Made by a program: the position numbers and the translations under genes. Shown here in pieces: positions 1 to 8,620 of a stretch of DNA of 41,360 nucleotides (position 1 is the first letter of the stretch; each line of letters begins with the position of its first letter). The stretch is from the NCBI GenBank assembly GCA_046734235.1, contig JBKPQV010000637.1:1-41360 (forward strand). The letters are read 5' to 3'. Source of the stretch: Acidobacteriota bacterium. Lineage in GTDB: Bacteria; Acidobacteriota; Blastocatellia; Pyrinomonadales; Pyrinomonadaceae. Below the pieces are notes generated by a model. The model was given only the letters and a program-made list of their open reading frames with translations, was not told the DNA's origin and did not search any database.

Positions 1-94
1 GGCGCGGTTGCACAATGAGTCTTGCGTAGATAAGCACGAAGTCGGATAATCAGTTCGCGATTTTCAACCCTGACAATAGGTGGAGAAATAAACG

Positions 95-373
95 ATGGTT
101 GGTCTTTCAGGCTTAGAGAAGTTTTCGCATCTTGAAGATAAGATTTATCGGACCATCGAACTTACGAAGACCTTAAGACAAGAAAAAGAGAACCTGGAAA
201 AGGAACTCGCAATCATCCACCGAGACATGGGAAATGTGCTAAATGAAAAGGAGCGTCTCGAAACTCAGGTAGAGAAGTTGTTGGCTGAACGCGAGACGAT
301 TCGAATGAAAGTAGAGGCCATGCTCGACGCTGTAGCCGCCCTCGATCCCGAAATGGCGGAGGAATTCAGATGA
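95..373 (+). CDS. ZapB-like small coiled-coil cell-division protein (92 aa)
   Basis: A GGTGGAG Shine-Dalgarno lies upstream of the ATG. The sequence is Leu/Glu/Lys heptad-rich (LEKFSHLEDKIYRTIELTKTLRQEKENLEKEL), as in ZapB/DUF904 coiled coils. The stop overlaps the zapA start (ATGA at 370-373). Confidence 0.55.
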   Translation: MVGLSGLEKFSHLEDKIYRTIELTKTLRQEKENLEKELAIIHRDMGNVLNEKERLETQVEKLLAERETIRMKVEAMLDAVAALDPEMAEEFR

Positions 374-759
374 GCGCGGGAATCGGCCCGATGCTGAACA
401 AAGGCAGTATGGAAGCCACTACCAGTAGTCCTACCATCAGAGTTGAGATTTACAATCAGACCTACAACATCAGGTCTGATGGCGATACTGAATACATCAT
501 TCAACTCGCTGAATTTGTTGACAGCCGGATGCGTGAAATCTCTTCCGGCACCCTTACTGTTGATTCCCTAAAAGTTGCGATTTTGGCTGCCTTACACATC
601 GCCGATGAGCTTCATCGATTGAAGAACATGCACGAACAAGCCGATTCCCAACTTGCTGCTCGTAGTTCTGAATGTGCGGAAATGCTTGATAAATTGCTTA
701 AAGTACGCAGTACCGTAGAGAACGAACAGGGTGGCGCAGGTAAACTTACGCTTGGTTAG
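370..759 (+). CDS. zapA: Cell division protein ZapA
   Basis: The core IRVEIYNQTYNIRSDGDTEYIIQLAEFVDSRMREI...LKVAILAALHIADELHRLK follows the ZapA family pattern (compare B. subtilis ZapA VDIYGQQFTIVGDES...YVASLVDDKMREI). It is translationally coupled to the upstream coiled-coil gene. Alternative internal Met starts exist. Confidence 0.8.
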   Translation: MSAGIGPMLNKGSMEATTSSPTIRVEIYNQTYNIRSDGDTEYIIQLAEFVDSRMREISSGTLTVDSLKVAILAALHIADELHRLKNMHEQADSQLAARSSECAEMLDKLLKVRSTVENEQGGAGKLTLG

Positions 760-767
760 CCCCATCA

Positions 768-901
768 TTGATTGCTGATTTTTCATTGCTGATTGCTGAT
801 TGAAATCGGAGCCTGTGAATAGCGCGCTTTTGTATTAGCAATCAGAAATCAGCAATGAAAAATCAGCAATCAAAAATCTCCAATCTCCAATCTGAAATAC
901 C
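768..901. repeat. Heptamer-periodic long inverted repeat (35-bp stem, 36-nt loop) with a tandem heptamer tail
   Basis: 768-802 is the reverse complement of 839-873 at 34 of 35 positions (mismatch G795/A846). The arms are built of CTGATTG / CAATCAG 7-mers. The 7-nt register continues on the right to 901 (AAATCTC CAATCTC CAATCTG AAATACC). Confidence 0.85.
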
Positions 902-1248
902 CCAAGGTGTGTTACTATCCCCGCCGGCGGAGGGAAACGTTCTGCGGTGTTCGTCACCGATGTTACGATGATTGAGCCAACGCCGTTGATTAGGGAGACC
1001 GAGGTCACCTTGCCAGTGCATTTCTTCAACGTTAAGAACTGCCAGAGGCGGTGACATTAAGAGGTCACCCACCTGTCATTGCAGGTTCAATTACGGCTTC
1101 GGAACGACATTGTGGATTATCCCTCCGCCAAGTTGGTCGAACGGCCCTCAAACCGCGAAATGTGAATCGCCTGTCGCGTTTTAGGTTGCGATTTGGATTT
1201 CGAAGTTTGTGGGCCCTTCTGTTTTGCTATTTGGAAGATTCGCGGACG

Positions 1249-2031
1249 ATGAAAGTATTGATGATTGGAGACGTGGTTGCTAAACCTGGCCGCCTGGCTG
1301 TGCTGGAGCGGATCCAGGATTTGCGCGAACAACACAACATCGATCTGGCGATCATGAATGCAGAGAATCTTGCTGGTGGGTTTTCGGTAACGCCTTCCAT
1401 TTGTGAACAGTTGTTTGGGATCGGGATTGACGTGATGACTTCCGGCAATCACATCTTCGATAAGAAAGAAGCAATCGACTACATAAAGAAACAACCGCGA
1501 CTCGTTCGTCCTGCTAATTATCCACCTGGAACTCCAGGTAGTGGTTACTGGGTTGGAACTGTGAAAGATGTTTCAGTGGCAGTGGTAAATGTGATGGGCC
1601 GAGTTTTCATGCCACCTTCGGATGATCCCTTCCGGATAGTTGAAACAGTTCTCGCCGAAATTCCGTCCGAAACAAAGATTCGTCTGGTTGACGTCCATGC
1701 TGAAGCGACCTCAGAAAAAGTCGCGATGGGCTGGTTCCTGGATGGTCGTGTTTCAGCGGTTGTTGGAACACACACGCATGTGCAAACGGCCGACGAAAGA
1801 ATTCTTCCGCAAGGAACCGCGTATCTCACCGACATTGGGATGACTGGAAGCTACGCGGGCGTAATCGGAATGAGCACTGCCGACGTTATCGCACGCTTCA
1901 CGACCGTGCCGGCGCGCCGCGCAGAACATTCAAGTGGACAAGTGCGAATCTGCGCGGCGGTAATTGATATAGATGAGCACAGCGGCAAAGCGCTAAGTAT
2001 CGAACGACTAAATGTCAGTCATGAAACTTAG
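1249..2031 (+). CDS. ymdB: YmdB-family metallophosphoesterase (2',3'-cyclic-nucleotide 2'-phosphodiesterase, TIGR00282-type)
   Basis: It is near-colinear with B. subtilis YmdB from [14 protein letters not shown] through [19 protein letters not shown] and [29 protein letters not shown] chose the ATG at 1249 rather than the listed 1051, because homologs begin at this M(K/R)(V/I)L(F/M)IGDVVG motif. Confidence 0.9.
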   Translation: MKVLMIGDVVAKPGRLAVLERIQDLREQHNIDLAIMNAENLAGGFSVTPSICEQLFGIGIDVMTSGNHIFDKKEAIDYIKKQPRLVRPANYPPGTPGSGYWVGTVKDVSVAVVNVMGRVFMPPSDDPFRIVETVLAEIPSETKIRLVDVHAEATSEKVAMGWFLDGRVSAVVGTHTHVQTADERILPQGTAYLTDIGMTGSYAGVIGMSTADVIARFTTVPARRAEHSSGQVRICAAVIDIDEHSGKALSIERLNVSHET

Positions 2032-2035
2032 AGGA

Positions 2036-2950
2036 TTATTCCTTAACCCGTTGCAGTGATTTAGCCAGAACTGCGCGGCGTTCCAGATCAGCCTTCAAAT
2101 CAGGCCTTAACCTAACACACCTGTCAAAGTCGGCTTGAGCTCGCGCTTCATCACCGATCACCATATACGACAAGCCCCTGTTGAAGTAGGCCCACACCAA
2201 CTCTTTATCTCCCAGTAAAGCTTCAGTGAAGTCAACGATCGCCGTTCTTAGCTTTCCCTGGTACATATAAGCGGTGCCTCGTCCTTGAAACGCCAAAGTC
2301 ATATCAGGTGAAAGCTTCAACGCAGCATTGAAATCACGCACGGCGGCTTCGAAATCCTTCAATGCGATCTGGACATAACCACGCAGGTAAAATGGTTCCG
2401 GTACGTGTGAGTTGAGTTTGACGGCGCGATTGAAGTCCGCGAGCGCTCCTGTAAAGTCTCCTAAGTCGTGTCTGAGAGCGCCGCGATTGTTATATGCCTC
2501 AAATAAGTTGGGATCTACTGCTATGGCTTTATCAACGTCGACCAAGGCTCCCTCAAGATCTCCAAGTTCCCGGCGAGCAGCGGCACGATTAAGGTATGCG
2601 ATTGGAAGTGCGGGTCGAATGCGCAGAGCCGAATCGAAGTCAGATTTTGCGCCTTCGAAATCACCTTTTTTGTAACGAGCTACACCTCGGTTTGTGTAAG
2701 CGTTTGCGGTGAAGGGATCGATCACCTTGATGTTATTCGCTTCTGCGGATGAAGTATCCGATTTGGCAAATCTTGAGCTAAGCACTATGGCTCTGCTGTA
2801 ATCCTCAATTGCCCCATCAAGATCGCCCTTCCCAACTTTACGCGCGCCGTCACGATAACGATCGATGGCGCTATTTGGCGTTTGAGCTGCTGTAGACCCG
2901 GAGGCTATTAGAGCTACAGCCACGATTGCAGACTTTATGAGATGACGCAT
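2036..2950 (-). CDS. Secreted/periplasmic TPR-repeat protein
   Basis: There is an N-terminal signal peptide (MRHLIKSAIVAVALIASGSTAAQ). About seven 34-aa repeats follow with the A..Y.NRG......GD...A..DF..A(I/L)..(D/N)P TPR signature. Confidence 0.8.
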   Translation of the reverse strand: MRHLIKSAIVAVALIASGSTAAQTPNSAIDRYRDGARKVGKGDLDGAIEDYSRAIVLSSRFAKSDTSSAEANNIKVIDPFTANAYTNRGVARYKKGDFEGAKSDFDSALRIRPALPIAYLNRAAARRELGDLEGALVDVDKAIAVDPNLFEAYNNRGALRHDLGDFTGALADFNRAVKLNSHVPEPFYLRGYVQIALKDFEAAVRDFNAALKLSPDMTLAFQGRGTAYMYQGKLRTAIVDFTEALLGDKELVWAYFNRGLSYMVIGDEARAQADFDRCVRLRPDLKADLERRAVLAKSLQRVKE

Positions 2951-3147
2951 GGCAGACCTTTCTTCCTTTTGATTGAAGAAGGTGCGCTCTAACTCAGGGG
3001 TTGGGTGTTTTTGAGTGGAAGCGCATCTTGGTTAACTGTTTTCACACAGATTACGAGTTGAAGCTCGCTACCAAGTGCGCTAAGATGCGGGCGTCGACGA
3101 TACATCTTCACACGCCGCAAGGCGATTGAGCTTGTGTTGTCATCCGG

Positions 3148-3178
3148 GCCTCGTTGCTATCGCAAGTAGCAACGAGGC
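3148..3178 (-). terminator. Strong hairpin downstream of the thioesterase gene (possible terminator)
   Basis: GCCTCGTTGCTA / TAGCAACGAGGC forms a perfect 12-bp stem with a 7-nt loop, about 170 nt past the stop of the minus-strand gene at 3350. No clear U-tract follows on either strand. Confidence 0.3.
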
Positions 3179-3349
3179 TCATTGCATTGCCGTTATGTTT
3201 TCAAACGACCTTTGATTTCAAAAGGTTTCCAACACTTATCAATGAAACGCGTGAACACGAGAAAAGTTACAGAAGTTTGGGAGACCTACTCTCTATGAAG
3301 GAAACACCGTCGAGCGGGAAGTTGTGACAGGGAACCAGTTTCGAAAGAC

Positions 3350-3832
3350 TTACTCTGGAGCAGTTTGTGTAGGAACTGATAGATGTGTTTTCAATATGGG
3401 AGGTGCTAACAAACTTTGTGCATATCCGTCAGGAAATGAGCGCACGCGGCCGTTTGAGTCGGTAACCACGTGGCCGGTTTCGCCTTCCGCAACCACTTGT
3501 CCGTCGGCGGCGCGGACTATCTCGTAACCAAAACGGAGCGAACGTTTCCGAAGCTCCGTAATATGTGTACGAATTATCAATTCATCGTCGTAGTAAGCCG
3601 GGGCCTTGTAGCGACAATATGATTCTGCAACTACCAGAAACGCATCGTCGTTTTCTTCCATGTCGCGATACGAAAAACCGCGGGCGCGGCAATATTCAGC
3701 CCGACCGATTTCGAACCAGATCAAATAGTTGGCATAATAAACAATCCCCATTTTGTCCGTTTCCGAGTATCGGACACGTAAAATGGTCTCATGCCAAATT
3801 CCGAATACATCTTCAGGGGCAGGGCTAGTCAT
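3350..3832 (-). CDS. Acyl-CoA thioesterase, YbgC/4HBT hotdog family
   Basis: HETILRVRYSETDKMGIVYYANYLIWFEIGRAEYCRARG is the canonical YbgC/FcoT-type N-terminal motif with the catalytic Asp in SETD. I chose the internal Met at 3832 (MTSPAPEDV...); the 3940 start adds 36 non-homologous residues and would overlap the divergent gene. Confidence 0.8.
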   Translation of the reverse strand: MTSPAPEDVFGIWHETILRVRYSETDKMGIVYYANYLIWFEIGRAEYCRARGFSYRDMEENDDAFLVVAESYCRYKAPAYYDDELIIRTHITELRKRSLRFGYEIVRAADGQVVAEGETGHVVTDSNGRVRSFPDGYAQSLLAPPILKTHLSVPTQTAPE

Positions 3833-3930
3833 CTGAATAAGACCTTCGGAATCCTTAATAATTCGAGGGACTGTCCTCTCTGGCCAAGCAAAAATGTTGA
3901 CGTTTAGCGGACTATAAGAGTGAACTACCA

Positions 3931-5253
3931 ATGATGTCAAAGCAAATTAACCACAGGCTGGTTCTACTTTCAATCGGAAGTTTTTTGGCATTGGGTGCAA
4001 TCCTGGTAATTCCGACGGTGTCAGCCAAGAAGCAACAGCCTGGAATGGCAACCGGGACAGCCAGGAACGCCTCAATTGTCGCCACGACGGAAGCGCTCCT
4101 TAAAGAAACCAGCGATCTAAGAGAGCTGTCGATTCTGAAGGACGTGAAAAGTGGTGCCCAATCACGCGCAGAAATCCAGCGCATGATTATCAAAAACCTG
4201 GACGAAGAGAGTTCTCCGGCCCAGATTCATGCAACTGAAGTGGCACTTAAAGCTCAAGGACTGGCTCCTCCCGAGTTTCAATACCGTCCCTTCTTAATCA
4301 AGCTCCTGACCGAACAGGTAGCGGGCTATTATGATCCGAAAGTTCAACAATTCTATCTGGCAGATTGGATCGAACTCGAGGGCCAAAAGCCGGTGATGGC
4401 CCATGAGCTCACGCACGCGCTTCAAGATCAACATTTCAATCTCCGGAGGTTTGAAAAATGGCCCAAGGGAGATTCCGATGCCGAGCTTGCGGCTCATGCT
4501 TTGATCGAAGGAGACGCGACTCTGGCGATGACTTTATACCTGGCGAAGCATCCGCTCGTAGCATTGGCTTTCATCAAGAGTTTGGGGGCAGATGGATTAG
4601 CTTCAGAACAGTTTAAGCAGGCTCCCAGGGCTATTCGTGAGTCGTTGATGTTTCCTTACGAGCAAGGCTCTGAATGGGCGACGCAATTGTATAAACGCGA
4701 AGGCTGGGAGCTAGTTTCAAAAGCATTTTCGAAATTACCACAGTCAAGCGAGCAGATCCTTCATGCAGACAAATATTTTTCTGGTGAGGCACCAGTCAAG
4801 CTAACACTTCCCGATTTCAAGGGCTCTTTGGGCTTAGGCTGGAAAATGATCGATAGCGATGTTAATGGTGAGTTTGGACTGTATTTGATATTGGACCAGT
4901 TCCTGAACGCCGCCGAAGAATCAAAGGAAGCAGCAGCAGGCTGGGCTGGGGATCGATGTGTTGTCTATGAGGGTCCAAAGTCTGGCGAGGCCTTTATTGC
5001 AAATTTGACGGCCTGGGACACCGATAACGACTCAAAAGAGTTTTTCGAGGCTTACGCGAAACGAACGCTGAAAAGGTATCCAGAAGCTAAGCCGCTTACC
5101 GAGAAGCCCGTCGTATCGGCAACGGGTGAGCGTCAGGAATGGAAAACCGTAAATGGTACCGTCGCAGTTGAACGACGTGGATTGCGCGTGTTGATTCTCG
5201 AGGGAGTTCCGGCAACAAAGGAAGCAAGCGAGCTTTCAAGGGCAATTTGGTGA
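3931..5253 (+). CDS. Secreted HExxH zinc-metallopeptidase-like protein
   Basis: A signal/anchor segment (LVLLSIGSFLALGAILVIPTVSA) is followed by the motif VMAHELTHALQDQHF and a downstream LIEGDATL (possible third-ligand Glu). I cannot assign a family from memory. Confidence 0.6.
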   Translation: MMSKQINHRLVLLSIGSFLALGAILVIPTVSAKKQQPGMATGTARNASIVATTEALLKETSDLRELSILKDVKSGAQSRAEIQRMIIKNLDEESSPAQIHATEVALKAQGLAPPEFQYRPFLIKLLTEQVAGYYDPKVQQFYLADWIELEGQKPVMAHELTHALQDQHFNLRRFEKWPKGDSDAELAAHALIEGDATLAMTLYLAKHPLVALAFIKSLGADGLASEQFKQAPRAIRESLMFPYEQGSEWATQLYKREGWELVSKAFSKLPQSSEQILHADKYFSGEAPVKLTLPDFKGSLGLGWKMIDSDVNGEFGLYLILDQFLNAAEESKEAAAGWAGDRCVVYEGPKSGEAFIANLTAWDTDNDSKEFFEAYAKRTLKRYPEAKPLTEKPVVSATGERQEWKTVNGTVAVERRGLRVLILEGVPATKEASELSRAIW

Positions 5254-5366
5254 TCTCGTGAAATCGCTTGTAGAAGGCCAGTCAAGTGTATTATTACCGG
5301 TTGTAAATCTCGTTGTGTGAGATTCCTTCGTTCGTCACAACAGTTGAATTTCTGCCGACCGTATTC

Positions 5367-7004
5367 ATGAAGAAAGCTGACAACCCACCCGCCACGAAGA
5401 CTAAGAGACTTCGAGAACTAACAACCGAATTTCAGCAACTTGAAAAGCAACTCCGTCTCGGGGGCGGTGCCGAAAAGATTGATCGACAGCACCAGCAGGG
5501 CAAACTGACTGCCCGCGAACGTATTAATCTGTTGCTTGACACAGATTCCTACTCTCAGGAAATTGGCCTCCTCGTCGCTTACGATCAGTATGAGGGAGCG
5601 GCACCGGCAGCCGGTGTGGTTACAGTTGTCGGTTACGTTGAGGGTAGGGAAGTGGTGGTTGTTGCAAATGATGCGACAGTAAAAGCCGGTTCATGGTGGC
5701 CTGAAACCATTAAGAAGATTTTGCGGGCGCAAGAGATCGCGATGCGTTCACATGTGCCAATTATTTACCTGGTGGATTCAGCTGGCGTTAATTTGCCGTA
5801 TCAGGGTGGCGTGTTTCCTGGTCAGTATGGTGCCTCACGGATCTTTTACTACAACTCCATCATGCGTCGATATTTGAAGGTGCCACAGATTTCAGCAGTG
5901 ATGGGACCTTGTATTGCTGGTGGTGCTTACTTACCCGCTCTTTCAGACATCATCATCATGGTTGACGGCACCTCATTCATGGGCCTCGGTGGCGCAAACC
6001 TTGTAAAGGGTGCGACTGGCCAGACAATCGACAATGAAACGCTTGGTGGAGCAAAGGCCCACAACGAGATCTCCGGCGTCGCACATTATCGAGTAAGCGA
6101 CGACCAGGCTTGCATCGCAAAGATTCGTGAGTTTGTTTCGGAACTGCCAAAACCTCCCTTAACTACAGCCCCAGGAAAAACGGGAAAGCCATCAAGATCA
6201 GCAGAAGATCTATACGAGATCTTGCCGGAGGATCATCGCCAGCCTTACGACATGCGGCAGGTGATTGAATGCCTGGTTGACGACGGACACCTTGATGAGT
6301 TTCAGGCTGACTACGCCAAGGAGATGATCACGGGTCACGCCAGCATTTGTGGGATACAAGTCGGAATAATTGCCAATCATCGAGGTATGGTTCGGGCCGG
6401 CGCCGGCAAGCCACCGCGATTTGGCGGCATTATTTATACCGAGTCGGCAGAGAAGGTCGCGTATTTCGTCGAAACTTGCAATCGACATCAAACACCGTTG
6501 TTGTTCATTCAGGATGTGTCAGGTTTCATGGTTGGCCCAGACGCTGAACACTCAGGGATCATTCGAGCTGGTGCGCGTTTTGTGGAAGCGATGGCGACGG
6601 CAGTTGTTCCAAAAATTGTTTTGACTTTGAATCACGCTTCGGGCGCAGGTTACTACGCAATGGCAGGCCAGGGATTCGATCCTGATTTCATCTATAGTTG
6701 GCCCACGGGTCGAATGGGAGTAATGGAAGGTGATTCGGCAGTCCAGGCTACGTTTGGAAGTCAACTCGAAAAGCTAAAGAAGAATGGCTTGGAACCGGAT
6801 GAAGCGCTGAAGGCCGAAATGGATAAGGTTAGAGAAACCTACGATATGGAATTGGATGCAAAGTATGCGGCGGCGAGAGGCTTTGTCGACGCGATCATAA
6901 CTCCTGACAATACGAGGCGCGCACTCGAGTTGTCGCTCCGCACGTCGCTGAATTTTAGCGGTCCACATATTGGTCAGTTTGTAGTACCTTCCAATTTGGG
7001 TTGA
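5367..7004 (+). CDS. Acyl-CoA carboxylase carboxyltransferase (beta) subunit, MccB/LiuB/AtuC-like
   Basis: The sequence shows GGGAEKIDRQHQQGKLTARERINLLLD, VVANDATVKAGSWWPETIKK and MGPCIAGGAYLPALSD, and has the duplicated crotonase-like carboxyltransferase architecture. I chose the ATG at 5367 (MKKADNPP); the listed 5313 start is a TTG extension. Confidence 0.88.
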   Translation: MKKADNPPATKTKRLRELTTEFQQLEKQLRLGGGAEKIDRQHQQGKLTARERINLLLDTDSYSQEIGLLVAYDQYEGAAPAAGVVTVVGYVEGREVVVVANDATVKAGSWWPETIKKILRAQEIAMRSHVPIIYLVDSAGVNLPYQGGVFPGQYGASRIFYYNSIMRRYLKVPQISAVMGPCIAGGAYLPALSDIIIMVDGTSFMGLGGANLVKGATGQTIDNETLGGAKAHNEISGVAHYRVSDDQACIAKIREFVSELPKPPLTTAPGKTGKPSRSAEDLYEILPEDHRQPYDMRQVIECLVDDGHLDEFQADYAKEMITGHASICGIQVGIIANHRGMVRAGAGKPPRFGGIIYTESAEKVAYFVETCNRHQTPLLFIQDVSGFMVGPDAEHSGIIRAGARFVEAMATAVVPKIVLTLNHASGAGYYAMAGQGFDPDFIYSWPTGRMGVMEGDSAVQATFGSQLEKLKKNGLEPDEALKAEMDKVRETYDMELDAKYAAARGFVDAIITPDNTRRALELSLRTSLNFSGPHIGQFVVPSNLG

Positions 7005-7052
7005 GATCCAGACGCGTTAGACTATCAAAGAGGATCTAACCACCAAAACACC

Positions 7053-7110
7053 AAGACACTAAGCCAAAAAACTGGTGCAACAATTGAGCATTTTTGTGCC
7101 TTAGTGTCTT
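7053..7110 (+). terminator. Hairpin after the carboxyltransferase gene (possible terminator)
   Basis: AAGACACTAAG (7053-7063) pairs with CTTAGTGTCTT (7100-7110): an 11-bp stem with a 36-nt loop. GTGCCTTAGTG occurs twice in tandem (7096-7122). There is no clean U-tract. Confidence 0.25.
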
Positions 7111-7303
7111 TGTGCCTTAGTGGTATTCATGAATGCCGAATTTGCCCGCTTGTTGTCGGCACGTTGCATTTTCTTCACAACTTCATCCCTATTGCTCCAA
7201 TGGGTTGAGTCGCCTTTTCGACAGTGGTAAATAATTGTCATCCCCTCCTAATTGGACCCCCTAATCTTTAAGTCGCGCTCAATCGAACAGGGAGGGAGGC
7301 TTT

Positions 7304-8212
7304 ATGCGCACGAGATTTTTTAAGTCGATCGTAATGGCGATTATTGTGAGCTTCGCCATAGTTTTCACCGCGGGTTCGATTCATGCTCAACAAGAACCGA
7401 TGCCGCAAACTCCACAGACTGAGACTCCAAAACAACCGGCACCGACAAAACCTACCAAGAGCACGAAGAAAGCAAAAACAACGGCTCCAGCTGAGACGAC
7501 GGGTGATCAAACCGCTCCAGCCGCAACAAAGGAAGTCGCTGCTCAGGCTATTACTCCAACTGAACAAACAGACCTGTCTGGTACCTATGCGGGAACATTT
7601 CAATGTGATGAGATCGGACTAACCGGCGACACTACCTTAACAATCACTGGTAATCAGTTCACGACGGCCGATGGAAAGTCGGGGCGAATCGTGGCGTCAA
7701 CTACAAAGGGTTACACTGCAGTGGCTCTACAAATGGGTGATGCTGCGGCTGCGGCGCCCACAATAGTTTCACTTCGTGGTCGTAAAAGCGGGAGCAAGTT
7801 GACTCTTACATCCGTCGACTCAGCTCATCCTTGTACTTTCAATACAGGATCAGCTGTTGCGAAGCGTCGCACTCGAAAAACTGCTCCAGTCGCAGTTGGA
7901 ACCGAAGTGGCGAGTCCGGCCGAAGCTGGACCATCGCCGTCTGATGTAACTGCACCAGCAACTGGACGAAAGAGCCGTAAGGCTCCAAAAACAAAGGCGC
8001 CTGTAACTTCAACTCCTCCCGCGGCCAATCCGACACCGGTTCCGGCTGTACCAACGGAAAGCCCCGCGATGCCTCCGACACAGAACCCGAGCCCAAGTCC
8101 AAGTCCAAGTCCAAGTCCGAGTCCAGGCGGATCACCAAGTCCTGGTCCGTCTCCCGAAGGATCTCCGGCGCCGAGTCCCTCACCAAGTCCCTCACCGCGA
8201 CCGGGTAATTGA
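7304..8212 (+). CDS. Secreted low-complexity Pro/Thr/Ser-rich protein with a C-terminal (SP)n tail
   Basis: A GGGAGG RBS lies 6 nt upstream. A signal peptide (IVMAIIVSFAIVFTAGSIHAQ) is followed by a small central two-Cys region flanked by basic Pro-rich segments. The protein ends PSPSPSPSPSPSPGGSPSPGPSPEGSPAPSPSPSPSPRPGN. Confidence 0.6.
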   Translation: MRTRFFKSIVMAIIVSFAIVFTAGSIHAQQEPMPQTPQTETPKQPAPTKPTKSTKKAKTTAPAETTGDQTAPAATKEVAAQAITPTEQTDLSGTYAGTFQCDEIGLTGDTTLTITGNQFTTADGKSGRIVASTTKGYTAVALQMGDAAAAAPTIVSLRGRKSGSKLTLTSVDSAHPCTFNTGSAVAKRRTRKTAPVAVGTEVASPAEAGPSPSDVTAPATGRKSRKAPKTKAPVTSTPPAANPTPVPAVPTESPAMPPTQNPSPSPSPSPSPSPGGSPSPGPSPEGSPAPSPSPSPSPRPGN

Positions 8213-8252
8213 CCTTGTTGGCGGCCCTGTGTTTCTGATGTGTCTTGCTTTG

Positions 8253-8306
8253 GCTTGTCGGTCGATTCACCGTTCGAGTGCTTGAGTTTTGCTTAGACCG
8301 ACAAGC
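8253..8306 (+). terminator. Hairpin downstream of the Pro-rich protein gene
   Basis: GCTTGTCGGTC (8253-8263) pairs with GACCGACAAGC (8296-8306): an 11-bp stem with a 32-nt loop. The right arm is also part of a repeated unit seen again at 8645-8655. Confidence 0.3.
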
Positions 8307-8311
8307 TAAAG

Positions 8312-8620
8312 AGCCTCCTGGAAAAATCTTTGGCGCGGAGCGGCGTAAGCGTAAAGCTCAGGGTGGAGCGAAGCGTAACCCTGGGTCTATGGGGCATTGC
8401 AAATGCGTCCTGAAAGGACGCGACTCGGTTGCAGTTTTGCAATCTGAACCTCAGATTCATCAATCAAAGAGTCTCTCACGCTGGCGATTGACCGGACTTC
8501 AGTTTGCTCGCGTCCTTTCAGGACGCATAGGTGACCGCCGCTTCTACCCAGGGTTCCGCTTCGCTCCACCCTGGGCTTTACGCTTAGGCCGCTCCGCGGC
8601 AAAGACTTTTGCAAGAGTCT
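8312..8620. mobile_element. 309-bp palindromic MITE-like non-autonomous element flanked by a 6-bp direct repeat CTAAAG
   Basis: The left 75 nt (8312-8386) match the reverse complement of the right 75 nt (8546-8620) at about 67 of 75 positions. Inner mirror-image hairpins are GCGTCC-TGAAA-GGACGC (8405-8421) and GCGTCC-TTTCA-GGACGC (8510-8526). CTAAAG lies at 8306-8311 and 8621-8626. Deleting the element plus one CTAAAG recreates a sequence that matches the neighbouring repeat at 8646-8671 (24/26). Confidence 0.6.

Noticed and set aside
945-1069. GTGAC/GTCAC pairs resembling MatP matS sites near the zapA/zapB genes
   Set aside because: matS needs GTGAC-N3-GTCAC, whereas the spacing here is 8 nt or the half-site is incomplete. 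MatP is restricted to enteric-type gammaproteobacteria.
1051-1248. Listed 326-aa ORF that extends ymdB 66 codons upstream
   Set aside because: YmdB homologs start at MK(V/I)L(M/F)IGDVVG, which is the ATG at 1249. The extension is Arg/Leu-rich nonsense that runs through the structured non-coding region.
3833-3940. Longer start for the thioesterase ORF
   Set aside because: The extra 36 residues have no counterpart in YbgC-type proteins and would overlap the divergent gene starting at 3931.
5313-5366. TTG-initiated extension of the carboxyltransferase gene
   Set aside because: The ATG at 5367 gives a length and N-terminus typical of the family, and no RBS supports the TTG.
7839-8270. 143-aa antisense ORF (DSDLDLDLDLGSGS)
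   Set aside because: It is the mirror image of the (SP)n hexamer repeat on the coding strand, and low-complexity repeats keep both strands open. The same reasoning applies to the other long antisense ORFs inside well-supported genes, such as 40346-40924, 36697-37206, 29620-30093, 33819-34181 and 38350-38790.
768-8306. Several repeats separated by 32-36 nt (768-873, 7053-7110, 8253-8306) looked superficially CRISPR-like
   Set aside because: The repeats are inverted rather than direct. Each occurs only once as a pair, their sequences are unrelated to one another, and no cas genes are present.
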